Shown: positions 1 to 10,000 of the stretch, one piece after another
How positions within the stretch are numbered: position 1 is the stretch's first letter
Layout of the letters: each line of letters begins with the position of its first letter
Assembly (NCBI GenBank): GCA_951406725.2
Contig: OX597820.1
Span: forward strand, 87,792,001-87,856,000
Direction: 5' to 3'
DNA from: Octopus vulgaris
Taxonomy: Eukaryota
DNA: 64,000 nt
Translations under genes and position numbers: made by a program
Notes under the pieces: generated by a model
What the model was told of the DNA's origin: nothing
Seen by the model: the letters and a program-made list of their open reading frames with translations, nothing else
The model's database searches: none

Positions 1-700
1 TGTCCAAATGGGTGTGATAAACAAGAATTATCGTTTCTGCAAAGCTTTAGAATTTCCAAATGAAACTAATGGCATGTGCTGCTCAGACGGTAAGGTAAGA
101 CTGCCAAAACTACTAGCTCCTCCTCACCTCAGCTTTTTATGGATCTTCTGGAAGGCACTTCCATCCAGTCAAAGCATTTTCTGAACAATATCAAACAATA
201 CAACTCAGCGTTTCAAATGACATCGTTTGGTGCATCTAAGGAGATAGTTGAACATGGATTTACGCCAACGTTCAAAGTTCAAGGGCAAGTCTACCACCTC
301 ATTTCTTCCCTGTTACCCACAAATGAACAACCACAGTTCCTCTAAATTTACTTTATGAGTGATGTATGGCAACAAACCCGAAGGAGGTGTCAAAACTTCA
401 GACGACGGGTCGTGTTAGACGCAGCGCGGACCGCCGCAAAAGAGAGTATATCCACTGACAGCTTTTCGGTGCGTTCAGAAATCACATAGCCCCTACCCCC
501 AATTTTCCATGGCAGGTTAGGGCTTGGAATACTTCAAACGGACGCAAGACATGTCACTTAGTCGAATTAGCCCATCATTTACTCCACAAATGTTTTGTCG
601 TCAATGCTGCACTTTGCCGTATCGTCTGTTTCAACATAACTGTAATATATATACAAACTATGCCATTTTAAATCCGAGCAACGCCGGGTATCTCTGCTTG
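1..700 (+). mobile_element. Helitron remnant (RepHel N-terminal fragment, internally deleted, with 3' terminus)
   Basis: ETNGMCCSDGKVRLP...FLNNIKQYNSAFQMTSFG...FTPTFKVQGQVYH is typical Helitron ORF sequence, with a stop and a frameshift; 3' GC hairpin CCGAGCAACGCCGGG followed by CTTG|T (degenerate CTAG). Confidence 0.8.
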
Positions 701-815
701 TATACTATAAATGTTATGCAATTATGTTTGAATTAAAAATTACATGCTCTAAGGTGATACCATATGTTTTACTTGTTCATCTCTCTTTCTAATATATATC
801 TACCAGCTCAATAGT

Positions 816-1165
816 GGAAGTGCAATGGCCCAGTGGTTAGAGCAGCGGACTCGCGGTCGTAGGATTGCAGTTTCGATTCCCAGACCGGGTGTTGTAAGTG
901 TGTATTGAGCGAAAACTCCTAAAGCTCCACGAAGCTCCGGCAGGGGGTGGTGGCGAACCCTGCTGTACACTTTCACTCTTTCTTCCTATTTCTGTTGTAC
1001 CTGTACTTCGAAGGGCTAGCCTTGTCGCACTATGTGTCACGCTGAATCTCCCCGAGAACTATGTTAAGGGTACACGTGTCTGTGGTGTGCTCAGCCACTT
1101 GCACGTTAATTTCACGAGCAGGCTGTTCCGTTGATCGGATCAACTGGAACCCTTGTTGTTGTAAT
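816..1165 (+). mobile_element. tRNA-derived SINE family 1, tail type A (second copy at about 56390-56771 on the minus strand)
   Basis: Pol III A box TGGCCCAGTGG and B box GTTTCGATTCC; two dispersed, closely similar copies. Confidence 0.88.
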
Positions 1166-1218
1166 CTCTATTTCTTATCTTATCTAAATTAACTATTGCT
1201 TAACCATCTTCTCACACC

Positions 1219-1266
1219 GTCTCCGATGAAAGGATATAATAAATATCCTAGAAACAGCTGTAAGAC
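1219..1266 (+). ncRNA. Minimal hammerhead ribozyme motif (Penelope-like element type)
   Basis: Stem I GTCT/AGAC, core CCGATGA, stem II AGGATAT-AATAA-ATATCCT, GAAA, palindromic stem III A-CAGCTG-T, cleavage triplet GTA. Confidence 0.7.
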
Positions 1267-2375
1267 CTATTTATAAATGTTCTAAAATCTACACTGCCTT
1301 GGGTTTTTTTTTTTTATCTCATTACGAAAAAACAAAATTTATATATATATATAAATTTTAATTTTTAATGTTGGGGATGCTTTAGTTCAGTAATATATCT
1401 TTCAAGGGATTTGAGGAGTTTTCTTTTTATTTATTTTAGTTCTTAATTTTTATTTTCTAAGCTTGGGAAAGGTAAGTAGGGGTTGCAATATTGAATTTTG
1501 CACCTCCACAAAATGTTAGTTGGTGCACTTGCACACCCTGTTCCCAGGCCCTTGTTCAACTTGCGATAATTCTAACACCAGGTACGTTTCACTGTAGCAC
1601 GTATATATGGCCATGTAAACTAAGCATACGTTCTTTCTAGCACGTGTATATTACCAAATACGCTAAACATACATTCTCTTATACACGTGTAGATCACCAT
1701 GTGCACTAAGCATGTGTATATACATATTTTACTTCATGAGGTTTACGAACGAATCCGAATAGTGTAAAACTTGCAGATTCATTACGTTGCTCTTTTGCCC
1801 CTGATATACCGTATTTTCTGGTGTATAAGCGGCTATTTTTTTACCTGGGAAATTAAGTGTGCCGCGTATAGAAAGGTGCTCCTAATTTTCTTTTATTCTC
1901 TTATTCTTTTGTTTGCTTCAGTCATTTTGACTGTGGCCATGCAGGAGCACCGTCTTTAGTTGAACACTTCGCTCCCAGGACTTATTCTTTGTAAAACCAG
2001 TACTTATTCTATCAATCCCTTTTGCCGCGCCGCTAAATTACGGGGACGTAAACACACCAACATCGGTTGTCAAGCGATGGTGGGGGTGGGACAAACACAG
2101 ACACACAAACATACATAAATACATACATACATACACACATACATACATACACACATACATACATACATACATACATACATACATACATACATACATACAT
2201 ACATACATACATACATACATAATTTCAGTAAAACAATTAAGATTCAAGTGAGTTCCAATGAATTCACATGAATGTGGTACTTAACTTAGATGCACCAGAA
2301 ATCTATATGGTGTTAACCATAAAATAATGTGGGGTGATTATAAACAAGAAAAAAGCAACAAGAATGGATTAGTTG

Positions 2376-2464
2376 TTCAGTACAATTGTTTCATACGAAG
2401 AACAGATTTATTAAAAGCTGCAAATATTGCAGCAAATACAAGTGTCCCATATTCATCAGCCAAA
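2376..2464 (-). ncRNA. Degenerate hammerhead motif in a related Penelope-like remnant (2222-2468)
   Basis: Minus strand TTTGG-CTGATGA-ATATG...CGTAT-GAAA-CAATTG-TA-CTGAA. Confidence 0.5.
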
Positions 2465-2581
2465 ACATCTGCTCGCTTAGCCAGCGGGGTGGCGTCAGTT
2501 GGAGGCTAAAACAATGCGAAGCGCATTGTGACCAGCGATGTGTAGCAACATCTGATAGCCTGGTCAGTCACGGTGATCACG

Positions 2582-2632
<51 letters not shown>

Positions 2633-3064
2633 CAAGCTTCTTTCTACCAAATCCACTCACAAGGTTTTGGTCGGCCCAAGGCTATAGTAGAAGACAATTG
2701 CCGAAGGTGCCACGCAGTGCGACTGAACCCGGAACCATGTGGCTGGTAAGCAAGCTACTTACACACAGCAACTCCTGCACCTATCCACACAGCCACTCTT
2801 GCGCCTATAATATGTGTATTTTTTTATAAGTTTCAGGAGAAAAATAATTTGTGTATGAAGATCGAATGATTCCACTGATTTTTTCAGAGGAAAGGTCGGT
2901 CGGTGAACAACGTGAAAGACTACTGCTACAGTACATTGGTACCCGAAAGAAAACAAGCCATATTTGTTTTGTTTTGTACATTAACTCAACATTTTCCAAT
3001 AATTCTGCCCCACCCCTTTTCCGAACAAAAATAAGGGGTTAACGGCACATTAGGCATCCGTAAT

Positions 3065-3332
3065 GCATGTCGTTTGAAAGGTATTTATGTACAATTTCAT
3101 TAAAAGAGATTTATTTTCCTCAAAGTTATGGCGAAAAACTCGGATCTTGTGAATTTTCCGAAGTCTTCTCCCCACTCCCTCGGAAAAGATTTGTCCCACA
3201 AATTTCTTTATAATCGTAATCTATGCCGTTTGAAAGATATTTTATATAAAATTTCATGAAAAGAAACCCATTTTCCTAAAAGTTATGAGGGAAAAACTCG
3301 GGTTTTGTGAATTTTCCGAAGTCCTCTCCCAC
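3065..3332 (+). repeat. Direct tandem duplication with a period of about 157 bp
   Basis: ATG(T/C)CGTTTGAAAG(G/A)TATTTAT...AAAAACTCGG...GTGAATTTTCCGAAGTC occurs twice. Confidence 0.7.
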
Positions 3333-3456
3333 CCGGTTGCTTTCCGCGCATTTTTTTCATATTCGTTTCCTACACATTTTTTACGCCCGTTGCACTATCT
3401 TTTTTTTATTTCGTTTCCGGGTAATATTATAAACATTAACCGTTATTTTTAATTTA

Positions 3457-4711
3457 TTGGATTGGCAACTAAGTTCCCGCCGTTTTTTTAAATTTTCGAA
3501 TTTATTGCGTTATTCTATTTTTGAATCATTTTGGAATCTTTTTTTTTCTCTAGTTAATTTTAGTTAATTTTTGTTTATTTTCAGATCATTAAAATGGAAT
3601 GTCAAGTTAAGAAAAACGAGCATTTTTAACACCTCCTTCTTTCTGCTTTTAATCAAGGTTCTAAGGCCGCAAAAGCTGCTCGCGATATTTGTGCTGTGTA
3701 TGGAGAGTGTGCCATAGCTGAAAGAACCGCTCGTGATTGGTATGCCAAGTTCAAAAATGGAAATTTTGACCTCGTTCTGGCCGCTCAGTTGAGTTCTATG
3801 AAGAGCAAATAAACCAACATTTGCAAGAAAATTCTCGTCAAACGACAAGGGAACTGGCAGAGAAAATGGAATGCTCCCACACTGCTATAAGAGAAGCATC
3901 TTCACTTGATGGGAAAGGTTCAGAAGTGTGGAGCATGGATTCCGTATGCTTTAAGTAACAACAATAAAAATCAACGATCCACAATCTCCGCTGGTTTGCT
4001 TGCTTGTCACCGCTCAACTCATGGACACAAGCAACGATTTCTTTACCGAAACGTTACTGGCGACGAAAAATGATGCCTGTACATCAATATGAAGCAGCGT
4101 AAGGAATGGCTTAGCCCCGGTAAACAAGCGACACCGCGCGTGAAACAAGATCTTCATCCGCGTAAAACGATGTTGTGCGTATGGTGGAACTGGGAAGGGA
4201 TTATCCATTACGAATTGCTTGGACGGAATAAAACGATCAATTCGGAACTCTATGTTCAACAGATGGAACGACTCAACACGGCTATTCAAGAGAAAGGACC
4301 TAATCGACAGCATGGAGTTCTTCTGCTGCACGATAACGCCCGCACTCATATCGCCAATATGACCAAGGAAGCCATTCAAACGCATGGCTGGGAAGTGCTT
4401 CCACACCCACCGTGCTCTCCTGATTTAGCACCAACGGATTTCCACCTCTTTCGATCTCTTTCAAATGCTATGCGCAGAGTTTCGTTCAATACTGATGCAG
4501 AATTGAGAGCTTGGTTGGATCAATTTTTCGAGTAGAAATCGGGTGATTTCTACCAACGAGATATTGAAAATTTTGTTGAACGTTGGGAAGAAGTTGTAAA
4601 CAACAAGGCTGAATACATTATTGATTAATTAGTTGTTGTTTATTTTTATTAAACCTTTTAAAAAATTTAAATTTATAAAAAAAAACGGCGGGAACTTAGT
4701 TGCCAACCTAA
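3457..4711 (+). mobile_element. Full-length decayed mariner transposon (mellifera-subfamily-like)
   Basis: About 30-bp TIRs TT(G/A)G(A/G)TTGGCAACTAAGTTCCCGCCGTTTTTT, TA target duplication, length 1255 bp. Confidence 0.95.
3594..4628 (+). pseudogene. Mariner transposase pseudogene
   Basis: Start MECQVKKNEHF*; catalytic motifs TGDEK, HDNA and [12 protein letters not shown] (D,D34D type); several in-frame stops and frameshifts. Confidence 0.92.
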
Positions 4712-4984
4712 TAATAAAGACTTTAATATTGACGAAATGTGTTTATTATTGATTATAGTAAGATAAAATCATAATAACAATACACCTCATGGTTGTAAAA
4801 TAAGGCATTTCGAAACTACATACACGTCAACAAAAAAAAAGCCAGCGACCCGTAGCCTCATAGGTCTTTTAAACACCAGTGCGCGTTAATCATTGTGTAA
4901 GCAGGCATGGCTGTGTAGTAAAAAGCTTTCTCGCTAAAAATTTTACCCAATATGTTTATTGTATTTCTAAAGTTTACGTCAGAA

Positions 4985-5610
4985 GGTTTTTTCCGGGAGT
5001 ACGAAATTGCTGTAACGCTCATGTTCTCCTGCTGCCAGTTTTCATAGGATTAGACGCGTTTTCATGTCGTCGCCCCAATCTATGCACTCTTTAATAAAGA
5101 TCTGTTCGTATCTTCTATAGTACGCCTCGAAGGTAACTCCTTCGTCTGGTTCATACTTAAATTCGGTTATTGAGTTTACCACATAATGTGGCAACGTCTT
5201 TTTAGCATTTCTTGACGACTTACTATTCATTAATTGCAATATTTGTTGTTGTTGTTGTTGTTACTCTTGCAGTTGTAGTTGCTGTACTAGTAATTGTTGT
5301 TGCTATTTCTGCAGCTGCTTTTGTTCCTGCAGTTATTGTTGTTACTGTTTTTGCAACTCGAGCAAACTGGCCAACAAATCTGCCATAATTTTACGCTTTT
5401 GTATACCGTAAAATTCGCACAAAGAACTTTTGTGAGTTTCGTAACTCCTTGTGAGTTTGTTAATCATCGTGAGTTTGTTAAGCCCTCGTCACCACTGTTA
5501 TAAACCAACGTTGGACTGCTATAACGTTCACTCCGGTATAGCAGTATAGTTAGTTTGACAATAAAATACAACTATCTATGACTGACTCCCGCCGACTTCT
5601 CGACGTCACA
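4985..5610 (-). mobile_element. Gypsy-type LTR retrotransposon 5' remnant (LTR end, PBS, gag fragment)
   Basis: Minus strand ...TATAACA g TGGTGACGAGG (LTR CA end plus PBS at 5484-5494), then a Gln-rich leader and gag-like EFKYEPDEGVTFEAYYRRYEQIFIKECIDWGDDMKTRLIL; the LTR 5' boundary is uncertain. Confidence 0.72.
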
Positions 5611-6417
5611 GTATTTGAAATGACTATCACATACCACTCGTCACGTGGCAGGGGTGTTCCATTATTGCTATTATCCCCATAACAGGTTGTTGATTTCCTC
5701 TTGGGTGAGGTCAGCAGCCGGAAAATCTGGGATAGGCGGTGGCTGATCTTGAATTCCGCATTGAAGCTGAGCACGCTTTTTAGGACTGGAGAGGGCATAA
5801 ATGTCAAGATGTGTAAAGGGTTGCGGTTTTCGGATTGAAAATCTCAGAGTCATATGAAGGAGAGATCTGATCATTCGATGGTTAGCTCATCTTTCAGCAC
5901 CTCTCGTCTATTTAACATTTAAGGGTTAAAAACAAAAAGGATTAAAATGTGACCTAATGAACTAAGAGTCCGTGAGTTCTTTTTTTCCCTTCCCTATTCT
6001 ATCACAGGTGCTGTTATGTACTCCAGACGACACATAACTTCGTTTGTTCAAATATCAGTGTTAGAGTAAATATCGTGCTAGTTCGCATTATGCTGTTCTT
6101 TTTGTTCTTATCGAAGCAGAGTGTTTTATTCACTGGAACTTTGAAATATTTTGTAATAAACATACGTATACTATTGATTTATAAACTGAAACTTGTGTAA
6201 ATACCAACCAATCAGTTGATACTAAATAATATTCGAGAAAAAACTTCATTTATCGTGTTTCTCTGAACCACGTATTGCAAACAGAAAAACCTATTAACAA
6301 TTGGTAAATATTTACAGTCAATAAAATTTAATCCCCAGACAAATATTTAGTGAAGTTTGTTTAGGGTTTTATTTTAAAATGCATTTATTGAACTAACAAT
6401 TTTTATCAATCTCTCCC

Positions 6418-6460
6418 TATATATATATCCGATCATCTAAGTACGACACCATCACTCACT
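6418..6460 (+). promoter_or_regulatory. Candidate TATA box / initiator of the secreted Cys-rich gene
   Basis: TATATATA at 6418 lies about 30 nt upstream of an Inr-like TCACT and about 100 nt upstream of the ATG; TA runs are common here, so the signal is weak. Confidence 0.35.
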
Positions 6461-6521
6461 TTCTTCTGTTCAGAGAGAGATTGAATTCCTTTTGCCTTGT
6501 CAAAAACTTATCTACTTCAGT

Positions 6522-6561
6522 ATGCTGAAACTACTCTTAGTTGTTGCCGTTTTTGTTGCGG
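6522..6561 (+). CDS. Secreted Cys-rich gene, coding exon 1 (signal peptide)
   Basis: ATG at 6522, [13 protein letters not shown](G), donor GTAAGT at 6562, phase 1. Confidence 0.82.
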
Positions 6562-6663
6562 GTAAGTTCTTTCATTATTTTACTCCTTTAATGATTTCAT
6601 TCATTGGACTGCGGTCATGCTGGAACCCCACATTCAAAGGTTTTAGATGATCGTATCAACTCC

Positions 6664-6746
<83 letters not shown>

Positions 6747-6972
6747 TTTATTTAAAGCAGCAGAAAATTCAACAAAATCTGTTACTCTGAGTTTCTCGTT
6801 GCCGTTCATCAGACAGTTTTTGCTAGCAAAAACTGTCTGATGAATGGCAACGAGAAACTCAGAGTAACAGATTTTGTTGAATTTTCTGCTGCTTTAAATA
6901 AAGCATATTACTCTACCAATGGTATTTGAGTACTCTTTTTTCCACCTTGTTTCACATTTATGTGTTTACTCC

Positions 6973-7028
<56 letters not shown>

Positions 7029-10000
7029 TCTACTACTTAATTTTATCAGCTGCCGATGCTTACATATATTTCTTTATTGCTCACAAGGGGCTAAACATAG
7101 AGGGGACAAACAAGGACAGACAAAGGGATTAAGTCGATTACATCGACCCCAGTGCGTAACTGGTACTTAATTTATCGACCTCGAAAGGATGAAAGTCAAC
7201 CTCGGCAGAATTTGAACTCAGAACATTAACGGCAGACGAAATACGGCTACGCATTTCGCCCGGCGTGCTAACGTTTCTGCCAGCTCGCCGCCTATATAAA
7301 TATATATGTTACATAGTGCTGGGTGACGGAGTCGTTCATTAACGATGCCTTGACCAGTGACACGGTATAGCGCCTGTGACAAGGTGCGAACGGTTCGTTT
7401 TGAGAATCGAAATTACGAGCTCACGATCGTGTGTGCGACACCTTAACCTCTAGGCTACAGGCCTTTACGCGCACACACACATGGTGCAAGTAAGAAGAAC
7501 GAATATAGCACATCTTTATCATTAGTAACAATGGGGTCGAAACCTATGGTAATCTCATTAACCCATGAATAAAGAACATTTATCCACCAATGCAGTGTTG
7601 AGCACTTATTGTCACTTTTCCATATTAACATGTATGTATATATACATATAAAAGCAAATAGTAACAAGGATGTCCGGGTATCAGTACATAACGGCTTTGT
7701 TACTTATTTGCTTTTTGTTCACCTAACTTTGAGCTGTGTGGACTATGCCAATCTGACTTGGTGCCTCAATTTAAGTACCTACTTCAACTGAATCTTAATT
7801 GTATTATATATATATATATATATATATATACATCTATGGTAGGCTTCTTTCAGTTTCTGTCTACCATATCCACTCATAAAGCTTTAATTGGCCTGAAGAT
7901 ATACTAGAAGACACTTGCTCAAAGTGCCAGACAGTGTGACTGAACCTGAAACCATGTGGTTGGGAAGTAAACTTCTTACCACACAGCCATGCTTGCACCT
8001 TATATAATATAATATAATATAATATAATATAATGCATAATATAACATAATATATTTCCAAACTTAACTACATATTCATGTGTAGAATTCCGTATTTACAA
8101 CGGTGAAACAGAAGAATCAAATAGAGTTTGCAAATGGAATTTTGACATGATTTCTTTTTTGTTGTCTTTATATATTACCTACCAATTTGAATCAAATTCT
8201 TCAACCACTTATTGAATTTTTTTTCCTTTGAACACTAATGATTCTGTAGGTACCCAAGCATCTGCCAGATGTTCTTTTAGAAAAAAAGGAGAATGCCTGT
8301 CGCAATTTAGACATTTGGCAGAAGCCAAGGACAGTAAAGAGAAGATATGTAAGTAAGTATATCTTAAAAGCACTCACAGGTAATATTTATGTTCCTTTTC
8401 TTATACAATTCTTTGAATTCCTTTTATAAAGAAGAGGCTAGAGATTCAAAATTCCATCGATGGGATTCAGACATGAAAAACATGAAAATTACTTGTTGGT
8501 TTTAAGAGAAGTATTAATATTTCTAGTGTTCTATTTACAGTCTGTATTTACAGAATGTGTGCAATATATATAAGCATATATGAAATATATGTTTGTATGA
8601 AGATATATATATATGCATAAAAGAGAGTTTGTGTGTGTGTGTGAGTGCATGTATGTTTCTAATGCATTTGAAAACTGAGTTGCTGATGTTGACATATGGG
8701 GTATTAAAAGATTCAGTAATCTTCTGGCTACTAAATAAACTTTACTTTCATTTACTTTCATGATCTCAACAACCAGCTATAGTTATTTGAAATGCACTAC
8801 TCTACAACGATGACGTTTCATTAGAAAGTAAAAGTAGTTTCACAGTTTCAATTTGAATCAAAACTATATAGGTGACTACTTCCATTACCTAGATGACCAA
8901 GTCAGCAGTGGAGGTGGATGTTCTGAGAGCTTAGCTGCTTGAATAAGAATAGGCTGAGTAAAGTTCAGAGAACTTCTACCTTTGTTGGTAAAAGAAGAAC
9001 CTCTTCCTCAGACTGAAAGGCAGATGCCTATGTGTGAACAGCCATGCCACATGGTAGTGAAACATGGACTGTACCTGCAGAGGACATGTGAAGGCTTGAA
9101 AGAAATGGAGCTAATATGCTTTGCAGGATGTGCAACATCAGTGTGCACATATGACAAAGTCTAAGCTTCTTGAGAGAAAAAGTGGTTATAAGTGGAATTA
9201 GATGTGGTGTGCAAGAGAAAAGACTGCCCTGGTGTGGCCATGTGATGCATGTGGATGAGAATAGTTGCATAAAGAACCTCATGATTGATAAAGCACTGTG
9301 AGATCTGGAAGTGAGCCATAGGTTGGTACAAGTAATAATCTGAGGGAGCTAGGTCCAGACTATATGTTGGGTGTGGCATCAATTTGATACTCTCAAGTTC
9401 CTGGAGTTTATTTCAGGTTGTTCAAGTGGTATGAGGTCTTGCATTTTCTTACTACAGAAGAGCTCACTCTCCTTTAACCACTGCCTGATATTTTTGTCAC
9501 ACAATGGCATACACCCACTCCAGCTGTTTGGAGTATAGATAGGCATCAATGGCTTGCCTGTCCACAATGAAATCATAGTGAATTAATAAGCAACTAATAA
9601 TCAAATCTGTGATACTGAGCAGCAACTTAAACTTTCATAGGTATCTTAAAGTTTCATAGGCATCTTAACCTATGCTACTTAAAATTTCATAGGCATCTTA
9701 CAGAAACCTAGCTTATCAGACTCAGTTAATACACACACACACACGTATGTATGTATGTTATATTGTTTTTTTCTGTCTTCTTTAAGGGTCTACCGTGATG
9801 TTGGAAAGTGCCTTGCCAAGTCTCACTGCCATTTACACCAATTTGGTGGTTTATTCAGGGCCGCACATGAAGCCTGTGGTAAGTAAGGAATAAAAGAATT
9901 TGGCAGGGTGGCAGTGGGGTCAAATAATGTGTATTCAAAATTTTTTCCAGATTGAATGTGATTAGCTTTTAGTATATAGAGTATTTATTTTACGGAGATG

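Noticed and set aside
816-890. tRNA-like sequences (also at 16569, 23957, 46881, 56700)
   Set aside because: They have A/B boxes but continue into a shared dispersed body with tails and TSDs, so they are SINE heads rather than tRNA genes.
1462-1471. Possible 10-nt microexon (ttttctaag CTTGGGAAAG gtaagt)
   Set aside because: Good splice signals but no flanking exons to join; easily arises by chance in AT-rich DNA.
2837-2940. Possible plus-strand exon (ttttcag...NNVKDYCYSTL)
   Set aside because: Weak donor, no phase-compatible neighbours and no match to the Cys-module pattern.
6604-7170. ORFs with YIYIYI, MYVC or THTH runs (also 2038-2247, 15435-15933)
   Set aside because: Microsatellite read-through.
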